Shown: one piece after another, positions 28,771-39,582 of the stretch
How the letters are laid out: each line of letters begins with the position of its first letter
How positions within the stretch are numbered: position 1 is the stretch's first letter
Assembly: GCA_963718575.1 (NCBI GenBank)
Contig: OY970358.1
Location: 98,723 to 162,722 of the forward strand
DNA: 64,000 bases
Reading direction: 5' to 3'
Origin: an uncultured bacterium
GTDB taxonomy: Bacteria; Patescibacteriota; Minisyncoccia; UBA6257; 2-01-FULL-56-20
Made by a program: the position numbers and the translations under genes
The notes under the pieces: model-generated
Told to the model about the DNA's origin: nothing
The model's database searches: none
What the model saw: the letters and a program-made list of their open reading frames with translations, nothing else

Positions 28771-29553
28771 CTACAGTTCCGCGCCGACCACGAAAACGTG
28801 CCCGCCGCTCCGTATCACTTCCACTTTCGTGTCGTAGAGCTTGGAAAGCGTTGCGCTCGTCACGATCTCATCCGGCGCGCCCATCGCACTATGTCCATGC
28901 GCCATGTAAAGCACGCGGTTCGCCGCCGGGAGGAGCGGATTGATATCGTGCGAAACGAGCATGATCGTCACGTCGCGATGCTTGGAGATCTTCGTGAGCA
29001 ACGAGATGATCTCCTGCGCATGGTTGATGTCAAGATTCGAAAGCGGCTCGTCGAGCAATAATATTTTCGGATCGGTGATGAGCGCCTGCGCAATGAGCAA
29101 TCGCTGCTGCTCGCCGCCCGAAAGATATCCCACCGCCGCATCGGCGAACTGGTATGCATCCACTTCTTTGAGCACCGCATCGATCCTTTCATCACGCGTG
29201 CGGCTGCCAAAACCGATCCCCCATTTATTTCCATCCAATCCGAAGCCCACCACGTCGCGCGCGCGCAGTGCCAGATCCGTCTCCAGCACGCGATGCTGCG
29301 GCGCGTAGCCGATCGCGCCGTCGCCGCGATGGGGAATACCGCCAAGCACGCGGATCTCGCCCTCCGTCGGTTTCAATAAGCCGAGGAGTAATTTGAAAAG
29401 GGTTGTTTTTCCCGCGCCGTTCGGTCCCAGGATGGCAACAAATTCCCCTTTCTGAACGTCAAAACTGACCGCGTTGAAGATCGTTCGGCCACCGAGTTCC
29501 ACCGTGACTCCGTCGAGTGAAATAACGCTGTTGTTATCCATTGCTTTTTGCAA
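28771..29553 (-). CDS. znuC: Metal ABC transporter ATP-binding protein
   Basis: Walker A (GPNGAGKTTL), ABC signature (LSGGEQQRL) and Walker B (ILLLDEP). Confidence 0.85.
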   Translation of the reverse strand: MQKAMDNNSVISLDGVTVELGGRTIFNAVSFDVQKGEFVAILGPNGAGKTTLFKLLLGLLKPTEGEIRVLGGIPHRGDGAIGYAPQHRVLETDLALRARDVVGFGLDGNKWGIGFGSRTRDERIDAVLKEVDAYQFADAAVGYLSGGEQQRLLIAQALITDPKILLLDEPLSNLDINHAQEIISLLTKISKHRDVTIMLVSHDINPLLPAANRVLYMAHGHSAMGAPDEIVTSATLSKLYDTKVEVIRSGGHVFVVGAEL

Positions 29554-30454
29554 GTGCCGCCTGGAGTGCGTTCAGTTCAGCCGTCATCCACGATTGATAG
29601 GTGTCGGCCGGCGGCATCGTCTCCGTCACCGGCACGACCGGAATACCGTTCGCAATGGCCTCATTCTGTAAATTCGTCGTGATCGGCGTCACCGTCTGGC
29701 TGTTATAGATCAGCACGCTGATCTTTTTCTGGATGATCTGCTGGTTTGCCGTGTTCACATCCTGCGCCGACGGATCGTTGCCTTCCGCGATGGCTTTTTC
29801 AAAATTGAACGGAGTGAGCACCCCAAGCCCCATCGGTTCGGTCTGATAGAGATAGATCGTCTCCGTGAGCCCCACCGCCGTGCCGGCATATTGCGTCCTA
29901 ATATCAGCCATCTCTGCCGTGATCGGCGCGAGCGAGGCGTTGAACGCGGCAAGGTTGCCTTGGAAGAGCGTCGCATCCGCCGGGTCGGTCTTTGCGAGTG
30001 CCGCCGCGATCGCCCCCGCGATCGCGGAAATATTGTCGATACCGTACCACACGTGCGGATTGTCCATCAGGACATCAGGCGCGATAGCACCAGCCGTGAG
30101 CACAATGCGGCTCGGATTCGGGGACGCGCCGAGGAGCTTGTCCATCCAGGTGTCATATTCAAGTCCGTTCTCGATGACGATGTTCGCATTTGTGATCGCA
30201 ATCCCGTCCTGCACGTCGGATTCATATTCATGCGGATCTATATTGGGATCGGAAAGAATGCTCGTCACGGAAACCTTGTTCCCGCCGATCTGTTGTGCAA
30301 TGTTACCATAAAAATCCTCCGCGGCGACCACTTTTATTGTGCCGGCGGAAGAACTTCCGGCCATTTGCCCATTTTTTAAAAAAATAAAAACAAAGGCTCC
30401 TGCGCCGATCACGGCCAAAACGATAATTAGTATCAAAAATGTTTTTCTCATCAC
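29534..30454 (-). CDS. znuA: Metal ABC transporter substrate-binding protein (TroA/ZnuA family)
   Basis: Has a signal peptide and is first in the znu operon. The HEYE(S)D...H metal-ligand region matches this family. Confidence 0.7.
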   Translation of the reverse strand: MMRKTFLILIIVLAVIGAGAFVFIFLKNGQMAGSSSAGTIKVVAAEDFYGNIAQQIGGNKVSVTSILSDPNIDPHEYESDVQDGIAITNANIVIENGLEYDTWMDKLLGASPNPSRIVLTAGAIAPDVLMDNPHVWYGIDNISAIAGAIAAALAKTDPADATLFQGNLAAFNASLAPITAEMADIRTQYAGTAVGLTETIYLYQTEPMGLGVLTPFNFEKAIAEGNDPSAQDVNTANQQIIQKKISVLIYNSQTVTPITTNLQNEAIANGIPVVPVTETMPPADTYQSWMTAELNALQAALAKSNG

Positions 30455-30488
30455 TATTCAGTATACGGCATAGAAATATAAGTAAAAA

Positions 30489-30517
30489 GGCCGTCCGGAG
30501 AAATTCTCCAGACGGCC
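30489..30517 (-). terminator. Intrinsic terminator hairpin ggccgtccggaga-AAT-tctccagacggcc followed by a T-run on the minus strand
   Basis: A 13-bp stem with one mismatch. Lies downstream of small gene 30548..30763. Confidence 0.5.
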
Positions 30518-30547
30518 CGGTTAGGATGATGCCTCATCACTCTTTGT

Positions 30548-30763
30548 TTAGCGCAAGACTTCATTCAAACGCGTTAAGCCTTGATCGTCCTTCCTAGACG
30601 CTGCTTCGGCGGCGAGCTTTCTTTTAGCCCGCATACGACTGCGCCGCTTTAGCCAAAAGGGAAAATTACCGATTAAAAGCCCCAGAATGGTCAGGATGGA
30701 CGCAATGATAAAAAAGCGTACCTCCGGCGGAATCTGATTGATTATCGCGTGCATTTGAAACAC
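30548..30763 (-). CDS. small membrane protein, hypothetical
   Basis: A 71-aa protein with one TM helix and a basic C-terminus. Its own terminator lies downstream. Confidence 0.3.
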   Translation of the reverse strand: MFQMHAIINQIPPEVRFFIIASILTILGLLIGNFPFWLKRRSRMRAKRKLAAEAASRKDDQGLTRLNEVLR

Positions 30764-30822
30764 CCCCTATATACTGGAGACATAATAGCACATAAACGTC
30801 TAGAAAGTCAACCCAGCAGGGA

Positions 30823-31521
30823 TTATTTCTTCTTCGGCGTCTTGATCACTCCAACCACCTTTCCGTTGATGGAAAAATCGTCATTCTCGTGGATGTGAAT
30901 CGCCGGAAAATCGTGCGTCGACTCGGACATAAGGAGGATCTGGTTGTTTTCCTTATCCACGTAATATTTTTTGATATTTGCCATACCCTCGATGACTGAG
31001 AGTACGATATCGTCGTTCATCGCCTCGCGATCCTCGCTGTCGATGATAACGTAGTCGCCATCCTCGATCTTTTTGCCGTTCACGTAGGCCATATTCATGG
31101 AAGGTCCATCCACTTTAAGCGCAAAGAGGCGGTGCGAGAGGCGCGGGCGCGCGACGAGCGTGCTCGATATGCGCAGATAGCCCTCGATGTTGGAATTTGC
31201 AAAAACCATCGCCGGCCCGGCATTCGCCGATCCTAAGATCGGGATCGAGAGAAGTTTAGCGTTTTTTAATATTCCCGCTACCGACGATTTTGACTGCTGC
31301 TTTATCGTGGTTATTGTGTGTTCCATTTTATTGATATGGAGGAATCCTCGTTTTTCCAGCTGTTGAAGGTGATGTTTTATCTTCTGCGGCGACGTCTCCC
31401 CTACGAACCCTCCGATCTCCCGCAGGGTGTAATTCCCCAGATTCTTCTTTTCCGCAACGCCAATAGTTTTTGTTGTATGGTATGCATAAGTAAAGTTTAT
31501 TCCTTTAATAATTACTGTCAA
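30823..31521 (-). CDS. lexA: LexA-like repressor (HTH + S24 peptidase)
   Basis: The HTH region is LREIGGFVGETSPQKIKHHLQQLEKRGFL. The S24 catalytic Ser is in VDGPSMNMA, GDYVII is present, and a Lys lies in ANIKKYY. Confidence 0.75.
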   Translation of the reverse strand: MTVIIKGINFTYAYHTTKTIGVAEKKNLGNYTLREIGGFVGETSPQKIKHHLQQLEKRGFLHINKMEHTITTIKQQSKSSVAGILKNAKLLSIPILGSANAGPAMVFANSNIEGYLRISSTLVARPRLSHRLFALKVDGPSMNMAYVNGKKIEDGDYVIIDSEDREAMNDDIVLSVIEGMANIKKYYVDKENNQILLMSESTHDFPAIHIHENDDFSINGKVVGVIKTPKKK

Positions 31522-31546
31522 GCGTAACTGTGGACAACCTTGACAG
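31515..31546. promoter_or_regulatory. Inverted repeat CTGTCAAG-N16-CTTGACAG overlapping a TTGACA -35 element; candidate LexA operator
   Basis: The repeat has perfect 8-bp arms. It lies in the lexA / PAP2 divergent region and overlaps the annotated lexA start codon. Confidence 0.35.
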
Positions 31547-31596
31547 CCTCACAGTGCCCTATAAAGGTGCTAAAATGATAGGAAATCAAACCGCCA

Positions 31597-32234
31597 ATGA
31601 AATATTTCAATTACCGGGGATTTTTCACCCGGGAACATGTTCGCTCATTCGTAAACGCCCTCATATTGCTCGCACTCGCCACCATCTTTCAATATTATGC
31701 GTCAGCGTACGTCAATCGCGTCCCCAGCAATTCGGTTGCGGATCTTTTCCTTAGCATCCTCCCGGTCGTTAATCTGAATTTGATCATCGTTGAAGGAGCG
31801 CTTGTGCGCCATCGCGCTCAGCTTTATCCTTATTGCGCGCAAAACCACAATATATGTTATTTACCTTAAAAGCGGCGGCGATATTCATCGCCACGCGGGC
31901 GGTGTTCATCGCGGTAACCCATATCGGCATCTATCCCGGCGGCATCAATCCCGACCCCACCGGCATTTTTGACCGCACCTACACCGGCCTCGGCCTGGAA
32001 GCGGGATTTTTCTTTTCCGGCCACACGGGACTCCCCTTCCTTATGGCGCTCATCCTGTGGGATGAAAAATTATGGCGCTATATTTATTTTGCGCTGTCCG
32101 TCATGTTCGGCATCGCCGTGCTCTTTGCCCACGTCCATTACACGATCGACGTCCTTGCAGCGCCGTACATGGCGTACGGCATCTATAAGATGTCACAATA
32201 TTTCTTCCCGGCGGACTTCAAGATGATCGACTGA
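31597..32234 (+). CDS. PAP2-superfamily membrane phosphatase-like protein (apparent frameshifts near 31790 and 31860)
   Basis: Shows PAP2 C2/C3 motifs (FFSGHTG and HVHYTIDV). The N-terminal TM region is read across three frames. Confidence 0.5.
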
Positions 32235-32546
32235 CGCGCGACGCGACTTAGCTTGTTTACCGAACACCCGGTCCGTCGCCTTGCAGATACCATTTGCCAT
32301 TGATTTCCACGATCGTTATCGTATCGCCCGACGCTGTTTTGCAAACACCGGAAGTCGTCGTGGTTGAGAGTAACTGCGTGCATCCCCGGAACGCGTAATA
32401 GTTATCAAACGTGCTGTGCGCTTTTTGTAGAAAAAGAAATTGCTCGAGTGCAAGGCCACCCGCAGCCACAATGAGGATCGCTATAAAGACCCAGACTACT
32501 TTTTGGTGCGAGATTTCATTTTTTTCAGATGGCGACGACGAAAAAC

Positions 32547-34076
32547 CTACCGGTGCGGGAAGCGCGAGCGCGATCCCGAATGACTCTCACCCGGTTTGCG
32601 CGGACCGCCGCTGAAACCGCCTGGTTTATGGAAAGGCTTGTGAGACGAACCGCTGCTTGAAGGTTTTAAACCGAATGCCGGGCGTCCGCCAAATGACGGC
32701 TTACTGCCGAACGCAGGCCGTGCCGAGCCGAATGCAGGCTTCGCGCTGCCATATGCAGGCCGATTGAACGCCGGGCGACGAGCAGGGCCGCCACTGCCGC
32801 CATATGCCGGCGGACGGGAGCCATGCATTGAGGTGCTATTGGTACTGCGTACGCCATGTGAAGTTCCTCCTGCCATGCCACGCCGATACGGCGTAATCTC
32901 GCGCGGAACGTACGCCTCTGCGCGCGCCGGCGGCAACTCCGGAGTCTTGGAAAGCGGCAGCTTCGTGCGCATCAGGCGCTCGATGCCATACACATCTCCG
33001 CGCTGATCGGGCGTGGCAAAGGAAATCGCATGGCCAACGGCGCCGGCGCGCCCGGTGCGGCCGATGCGATGCACGTAATCCTCCGGATTGTCCGGAAGGT
33101 CATAGTTGATGACGAGCTCGATGCCTTTTACGTCGATGCCGCGCGCGGCGATGTCCGTTGCGATAAGCACGCGATATTTGCCATTGCTGGAACCCGTCGA
33201 GCGCTTCACGGCGTTGGCTGAGCGAGCGGTTGGCGTGGAGTTCGGCTGCGGTGTGGCCGAGCGCGCGCACCGACGCGGCGATCTTCTTTGCGCCATGCTT
33301 CGTGCGCGAGAAGACGAGCACCGATCCGCGATAATCGTACAACAATTTTTCAAGCAAGCGCGATTTGTCCGTTTTTGGAAATAAAATAAAGCTCCTGGGT
33401 GATCTTTTCGATCGTCAGTGCCCGGCGGCGCGATCTCGATGCGCAACGGAAGCTTCATATACGACTGAGCAAGCGTAAGAATGCTCTGCGGCATCGTTGC
33501 GGAAAACAGCATCGTCTGCCGCTCGCGCGGAACGCCCGTCATGATGCGCTTGAGCTGCGGTGCAAATCCCATATCGAGCATCCGATCCGCCTCATCCAAG
33601 ACGAGCAATGTCAGTTTTATTCAAATTTAATGTCTTCTGCTGCATGTGATCCATGATCCGGCCCGGCGTACCGATGATGATCTGCGGCAGCCGGTGAATG
33701 GCCTGCACTTGGCGATAATTGGACTCTCCGCCCACAAAAGCGCCGTGCGGATGCCCAGAGGGCCGCCCACCTTGGCGATCGTTTCCTGCACCTGCAGGGC
33801 CAATTCCCGCGTCGGAAGGATAACAAGCCCGTGCTTCCCGCAAGTGCCGCCTGGATCAAAGGAATGCCAAATGCCAGCGTCTTGCCCGTACCCGTCTGAG
33901 CCAAGGCCCATCACATCCTTCCCTTCCAAGCCAACCGGAATAGCCTTCGCCTGGATCGGCGTCGGTGTCGTAAACCCCAATTTATCGAGAATAGACAAAA
34001 TATTGGGCGCGATGCCCAATCCATAAAAACCTTGACCTGAAGTTGAAGTTGTTTCCATATGCGCTAACCATAACAC
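32547..34076 (-). CDS. DEAD-box ATP-dependent RNA helicase with Gly/Ala/Pro-rich basic C-terminal tail; at least four apparent frameshifts
   Basis: The Q motif, motif I (AQTGTGKT), Ia (PTRELA), Ib (GTPGR), II (DEAD), III (SAT), V and VI ([10 protein letters not shown]) are all present but spread across three frames. Confidence 0.75.
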
Positions 34077-34140
34077 ACGAAGCCCATAATAGCTATCTTT
34101 TTATAATATGGTTAATATTAAAAAGGGATGGGAGGTTAAC

Positions 34141-34224
34141 AATGGATGAGGATGAATCCAACAAAATCAACGAATTGATAGAGAGGTACAACTGGACAGA
34201 GAAGATCAGGCGCAGCGATTTCTG
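34141..34224 (+). CDS. small ORF (27 aa) MDEDESNKINELIERYNWTEKIRRSDF
   Basis: A strong SD (GGGAGG) lies 7 nt upstream, and a hairpin plus T-run sits about 100 bp downstream. It is speculative. Confidence 0.25.
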
Positions 34225-34519
34225 ACTGAATTTAAGCGATGTCAGAGAAATGCCGCCCCGCGTGTGGAGGCAGCCGGTCAGCAGACCGGAACGCCGTTCT
34301 TTCAAAAGCCCATACAACAGCGAACCCTCCTCTCGGGTCGAAAGCGAGGGAGGGTTTGCTCTATTTATGCATGATGTATTTTTTGTTCCTTTTTTATCTC
34401 CGCCCTAACGGCGGTTCATATGAGTGGTGTTAATTATTTTTTGCGACCTTTATTCCTATCGCGCCGGCAGTTCATCGCGACCGGTTCATCAATTAGTACA
34501 ATGCCCCGACTTCTTTATT

Positions 34520-35203
34520 TCACTGATAATCCTCTATGGTTTCCACGCCCGCCGCATCGATCGTGGCAGTTGCCACGTTCCGGCCGAAAACGATCACATA
34601 ATCCCCGGGGTCGATCTGGCCCAGTTCCGACGAAGCGGCGGGAATGAGGAACACGGTCGATGTCTGACCGAACGGATTCTTGATGATAAAACTGCTTGTG
34701 GCGAGCAGCGTCACCTGACCGCGATACATCCCGTTCATTGGAGTGGTCTCGAACTCATATACGCCCTCTACCATCGGAAATTGGTTGCGTGAAGCATACC
34801 GGAATATCCCCCCGTGGATGGAACTCGCCGAGAGAAAAAAGCACGCGAGCGAGATGACGATAACAAGGATCAAAAGCGTGTAAAGGAACGGCTGATGATA
34901 GACAATCGCGTAACGCCGAAGAAGAATCCACATAATAAGGATGAGCGCAAGCGAAAGCAGTAACAGACTCCACGGCAAGGATTCCAGGAAGACGCCCCAC
35001 CCGACCGGGCCGAAATTCGTCGCAAACAATCCACCATTTTCCTGGAGAGCAAAAATAATGAACGTGACGAAGAATAAGATAAGGCAGAACAATAACACCG
35101 CGCCGAGGATAACAAACATCGCCCTCGCCACAAAATAGCGTCGAGGACGCATCTTGGTGCCGGCATTTTTTATAAGATTAATGACTTTGTCGCTGTCTTT
35201 CAT
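34520..35203 (-). CDS. membrane protein, probable anti-sigma factor partner of the upstream ECF sigma
   Basis: It is 5 bp downstream of the sigma factor gene, has three TM helices and a C-terminal extracytoplasmic domain. Confidence 0.45.
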   Translation of the reverse strand: MKDSDKVINLIKNAGTKMRPRRYFVARAMFVILGAVLLFCLILFFVTFIIFALQENGGLFATNFGPVGWGVFLESLPWSLLLLSLALILIMWILLRRYAIVYHQPFLYTLLILVIVISLACFFLSASSIHGGIFRYASRNQFPMVEGVYEFETTPMNGMYRGQVTLLATSSFIIKNPFGQTSTVFLIPAASSELGQIDPGDYVIVFGRNVATATIDAAGVETIEDYQ

Positions 35204-35207
35204 TTTT

Positions 35208-35789
35208 TTATCCTTTTACGATCTTTTTCAGCATCGCCCTTCCCCGCTGTAACCGCACGCCGACCGTAGATATGGGAATATGTAAAATATCGGCGATCTC
35301 CCGATAATCCATATCCTCGAAATAATACAACACGAGCGGCTCTTTGTATTTCTCGCTCAGCTTACTAAGAGAATGATCGAGCATCCCCTTGACCTCCGCT
35401 TTATTGAACCCATCATCAGCCGTCTCCTTCGCCACGAGGTGAGGGAAAAGCACATCAAAATCAAAAACAGAAACATTATTCCGCTCCTTTTGCCGCTTCT
35501 TGATGTTGTTCACAAACTCGTTATGGGCGATCCGATAGATCCATGGCGAAAAGCGACGGCTGACATCGAAGCTCTTGATGTTCACATATGCTTTTATAAA
35601 GATCTCCTGGACGAGATCTTTTCCTTCATCTCCGTCAAAGAAGAACCGCTTGGCATACCGGGTCATCTTTGGCTCATATCGCTCAACGAGTATGCGGAAC
35701 GACTCGATGTCGCCTTTCTGCACCTGTATGGCAACCTCCTCGTCGTTCTGTTCGGATAGTTCGGGCATAATGATTGTGGCTGCCTGCAT
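35208..35789 (-). CDS. ECF-type RNA polymerase sigma-70 factor
   Basis: Region 2 (DLVQEIFIKAYVNIKSFD) and region 4 (YREIADILHIPISTVGVRLQRGRAMLKKI). Confidence 0.85.
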   Translation of the reverse strand: MQAATIIMPELSEQNDEEVAIQVQKGDIESFRILVERYEPKMTRYAKRFFFDGDEGKDLVQEIFIKAYVNIKSFDVSRRFSPWIYRIAHNEFVNNIKKRQKERNNVSVFDFDVLFPHLVAKETADDGFNKAEVKGMLDHSLSKLSEKYKEPLVLYYFEDMDYREIADILHIPISTVGVRLQRGRAMLKKIVKG

Positions 35790-35933
35790 AGTTACTACAC
35801 AAAAATCGGCGAGTTATTTCACGTTTCCTTCATCTTACCAACCCGTCGATGAAAATACGATGAAGAACGCGATATAGGTGCCTTTTTTATTGTTAAATAC
35901 GCATTAAACCTTTAAACTAATAGCATATTTGCC

Positions 35934-36344
35934 ATGAACTCCACAGCGACCGAAAAGCAGAAAAAAGAGCTGCGCCGGATCAAAATTGCGATCATCGTAA
36001 TGCTCGCTATTTGTGCCGCACTTGGTGCGTTTGTCTACTGGCAAGGCCTGCCGCCGGCGCCACATCTCTACGACTCGCTCGCCAAGTGCATCGCGCAGAG
36101 CAGCACCACGTTCTATGGCGCATTCTGGTGCCCTCATTGCGAGGCACAAAAGACCAAGTTCGGCACCGGGGCGCAATACTTGCCATACGTCGAATGCTCG
36201 CTGCCGAGCGGATCCGGGCAAACGCAGGTGTGCATCGATCACGATATCGTGCAATATCCGACATGGGTCTTTTCCGATGGCTCGCGCCTGGTGGGCGTGC
36301 AAACGCCGCAGACGTTGGCCGCAAAGACCGGATGTGCGCTGTGA
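35934..36344 (+). CDS. Membrane-anchored thioredoxin-fold protein with CPHC active site (BdbA/DsbA-like)
   Basis: N-terminal TM anchor and a FWCPHCEAQK motif. It is paired with a DsbB/BdbC-like gene. Confidence 0.6.
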   Translation: MNSTATEKQKKELRRIKIAIIVMLAICAALGAFVYWQGLPPAPHLYDSLAKCIAQSSTTFYGAFWCPHCEAQKTKFGTGAQYLPYVECSLPSGSGQTQVCIDHDIVQYPTWVFSDGSRLVGVQTPQTLAAKTGCAL

Positions 36345-36373
36345 TATAATTAATTTACTTTTAATCCTTAACC

Positions 36374-36944
36374 ATGACCCCCGTCGTTCAAGCCGTCACC
36401 AATTTCCTTTCGCTTGGCACCATCGCGTCCGATCTATTGGTGTTATGTTTGTTTGTCATACTCCTTACCCCGCTCGACGTCACCGGCTGGGGAAAGAAAG
36501 TGATAAAGTTCTTCGGCAACTATGCGATCCTGCTTTCATTCCTTGTTGCTCTTGGATCGGTCGTCGGCAGCCTGTTCTACTCCGAATATGCGCACTTCGC
36601 GCCATGCGAGCTTTGTTGGATCCAGCGCGGGCTGCTTTACACGCAGGCCGTGATATTATTCCTCGCGCTGTTTGCACGTAAGGAAGAGAACGTGCGCAAA
36701 TTCCACGCCTGGACACAAAAGGCGTGCCTCGATCCTCTCGGGGATCGGATTTCCGATCGCGGCCTACCATATGTACCTCCAACTCGGCGGCGGCGTGATC
36801 GTCCCCTGCTCCGCGGTCGGCCCAAGCTGTTCATACGTTTATTTCCTCCAGTACGGTTATGTGACCATCCCCACGATGTCACTCACCGCGTTCGCGCTCA
36901 TACTGGCATTCATGCTTCTGCGAAAACCCACCACTGCAGATTGA
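36374..36944 (+). CDS. DsbB/BdbC-family disulfide bond formation protein (apparent frameshift near 36700)
   Basis: The first Cys pair (PCELCWIQR) is in frame 2 and the second (PCSAVGPSC) in frame 3. The TM topology matches BdbC. Confidence 0.6.
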
Positions 36945-36960
36945 TAGGTGCGGCTCACGG

Positions 36961-38079
36961 CTATACCAATTCGATTTCCACTATCTCGGATTTCGTGCCA
37001 AGTCGTAAAGGTGGTCCCCAGGTGCCGACACCGCTTGAGGTGAACACTTGCATGGCGTCCAGCCGCTTTAGACCATAATCAAAGCCTTTATAGATCTGCC
37101 AGGTAAAGAACATGAGCGGGAATATCTGACCGCTATGCGTATGCCCGGAAAGATCGAGCGATATCCCCGCTTCGCCGGCGACATCAAGGTCGCTCGGCTC
37201 GTGCTTAAGCAGGATGCTTGGCCGTGCGCGACTGACACCGACACGTTGCAACGTGCTTCGGAAATCTTCCCTCTTATGAGATGACCGGTAGTCGACGCCG
37301 ATAAGATCAATACCGCCGCCGATGTCAACCTTTTTATCATCCAACACCGTGACGCCGGCAGCACGGATTGCGGCAAGCGCACGCGGGATATCGTGGAGAT
37401 AATATTCGTGGTTGCCGGTGATGAAGTACGTTCCGCCCGCGGGACGCAAACCATGCAACGGCGCGATCAGCTTTTCTTCGTCGCAGGCGACGCCGTCGTA
37501 AAGATCGCCGCCGATCAGCACGATATACGGCTGGAGCGGGTGTATTTTCTTTATCACGCGGGCGACAAACGCCTGTCGATAGATATTCCCAAGCTGGAAA
37601 TCGCTGACGAACACAATCCTTTTATTTCTCCAAAAATCAGCGCTAAATCCGGGGATCTGGGAAAGTTTAACTTTGATGCTTGTTATCCTCGGCCACTGGC
37701 TGTTGATCGTGCCATAAAGATGGATAAGGAATAGCGCGCCGAAACAGATCGTGCCAACGAGCGCCGGAGATACATAGATGTTGTGCGTATAGAAAATCCC
37801 AATGGTGAAATAGAATATCACTGCGCCGCCGAAGAGAAAATGCACGAGTCCGAACCAGTATGCCGAGAACGCGTAATACCAATCCACCAGTGCCCCTTTA
37901 TAAAAATGCGAGAGGGCCGAGGCGGAAACGAACGTGAGCGCGAGAAGAATGAACAATACCTTCAACCAAATACCGCCGATGCCGAACGCCGCGGCAAGCG
38001 TCGCATACACCGCGAGATGCACAAATACGAGCAATACTTCAAAAACGATGAAGCCGGCGATAAGTCGTGAGGTTGTCAT
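36961..38079 (-). CDS. Membrane-anchored calcineurin-like metallophosphoesterase
   Basis: Five N-terminal TM helices, then GDLYDG, GNHEYY and GHTHSGQ motifs. Confidence 0.8.
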   Translation of the reverse strand: MTTSRLIAGFIVFEVLLVFVHLAVYATLAAAFGIGGIWLKVLFILLALTFVSASALSHFYKGALVDWYYAFSAYWFGLVHFLFGGAVIFYFTIGIFYTHNIYVSPALVGTICFGALFLIHLYGTINSQWPRITSIKVKLSQIPGFSADFWRNKRIVFVSDFQLGNIYRQAFVARVIKKIHPLQPYIVLIGGDLYDGVACDEEKLIAPLHGLRPAGGTYFITGNHEYYLHDIPRALAAIRAAGVTVLDDKKVDIGGGIDLIGVDYRSSHKREDFRSTLQRVGVSRARPSILLKHEPSDLDVAGEAGISLDLSGHTHSGQIFPLMFFTWQIYKGFDYGLKRLDAMQVFTSSGVGTWGPPLRLGTKSEIVEIELV

Positions 38080-38084
38080 GGCTG

Positions 38085-39578
38085 TTATTCGGCGACCACG
38101 TGATGTTGCGCGTTGATCGCTTCGCGTGGAACATTGATGAGCAATGCGGTAAACGATCCGACAATGACGATGATCGCAGCCACCTCGAAGACCGTGGCAT
38201 ACCCCGCCACCTGGGCCTTCAGGATAATGAGGCTCGTGAACTGCTCCATAAGTTTTATACCGGTGCCGTTCAAAACGCTTTGCCGTGCGATTGAAAATAC
38301 ATTCCCGTTGATGGAATTATCGAGCAGGGTGCTGAAAATCGCCACGCCGAACGCGCCGGAGATGTTGCGCACAAGGGCGAGGATCGCGGACGCCTCACCG
38401 ATCTCATCCTGTGGCACAACGACCGCAACGAGGTTGGTGCGTTGCGCCATGCCGAACCCAAGCGAGAACGCCATGACGCACATCGGAATGATGATATCGA
38501 GCGCCGTGGAGCGCGGGTCGATATACGAGAGCAAAAGGATCCCGAAGCCACAGAAAAACGTGCTGATGAATATAACGTAGCTCGGCTTTACCTTGCCGAT
38601 CAGGCGTCCCCCGAGCGGCGCGGCAATCATGAGGGATATGGCGAGGGGGATAAACAGATAACCGGTCTGCGTGGCATCATATCCCAAAAACGTTTCTGCA
38701 AAGATCGGGATAAGGAAGATCGCGCCGATGAGCGCCATGAAAACGATAAAATTATTAAGGAGTGTATAAACGAAGGCCGGGATCTTGAAAAATTTGAAAT
38801 CCACGATCGGTTCTGCCTGTCGCATTTCAATCTCGTAGAACAGGACGCTGAAAAGAATGGTGCCGACATAGCACGCAACGCTCGCAAGCGATGCCCATCC
38901 CCATGTCTGTCCCTGATCGAGTACGAGCGTGAGCGTGAAGAGCGCGGCGCCGAGCGAGCTCGCTCCCCACCAGTCGAACTTTGCACTGCGCACCTTTCCT
39001 ACCGATTCATCGATGAATGTGATGGCGAGAAACAGCCCGATGATGCCGAGCGGAATATTAATGAAGAACACCGCGCGCCAGTTGAAGTTATCGATGAGCG
39101 GGCCGCCGATGAGAGGTCCAAACACGGACGCCACGGCGAATGCCGCTGACCAGATGCCGAGCGCCTGTGCGCGCTCTTTCATGTCGGTGAATGTGATGGC
39201 GAGGATCGCCATCGCGGTCGGATAATCGGCAGACACCGCAAATCCTTGAATGATACGGAATACGATCATCGACGGCAGATTCCATGCAACGGCGCAAAGC
39301 GCTGAAGCGATGATAAAGCCGATAAAACCGATCAAATATATTTTCTTGCGTCCGGCGGTGTCTCCCAGTTTTCCCCAGACCGGAACGAACACCGCGTTCG
39401 CCAAAATATACGCCGTGGAGATCCACGCCGCGTCCGTTACGCTGATGCTAAAATCACCGATGATCTTAGGCAGGGCGAGATTGACCACCGTCTGGTCAAG
39501 ACGACCTAAAAAAGTTCCGAAGATGACGGTGCCGAGCACCCACCAGCGAAGATTGCTCTTGGCCCCGGTTTCCGGCAT
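38085..39578 (-). CDS. MFS transporter, DHA2 (EmrB/QacA, 14-TMS) family
   Basis: The N-terminus LGTVIFGTFLGRLDQTVVNLALPKI is typical of EmrB. The protein is 497 aa. Confidence 0.85.
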   Translation of the reverse strand: MPETGAKSNLRWWVLGTVIFGTFLGRLDQTVVNLALPKIIGDFSISVTDAAWISTAYILANAVFVPVWGKLGDTAGRKKIYLIGFIGFIIASALCAVAWNLPSMIVFRIIQGFAVSADYPTAMAILAITFTDMKERAQALGIWSAAFAVASVFGPLIGGPLIDNFNWRAVFFINIPLGIIGLFLAITFIDESVGKVRSAKFDWWGASSLGAALFTLTLVLDQGQTWGWASLASVACYVGTILFSVLFYEIEMRQAEPIVDFKFFKIPAFVYTLLNNFIVFMALIGAIFLIPIFAETFLGYDATQTGYLFIPLAISLMIAAPLGGRLIGKVKPSYVIFISTFFCGFGILLLSYIDPRSTALDIIIPMCVMAFSLGFGMAQRTNLVAVVVPQDEIGEASAILALVRNISGAFGVAIFSTLLDNSINGNVFSIARQSVLNGTGIKLMEQFTSLIILKAQVAGYATVFEVAAIIVIVGSFTALLINVPREAINAQHHVVAE

Positions 39579-39582
39579 ATCG

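Noticed and set aside
28005-29061. Plus-strand ORFs of 241 and 212 aa over the znuB/znuC region
   Set aside because: They are antisense to well-supported transporter genes and Arg/Asp-rich, with no domains.
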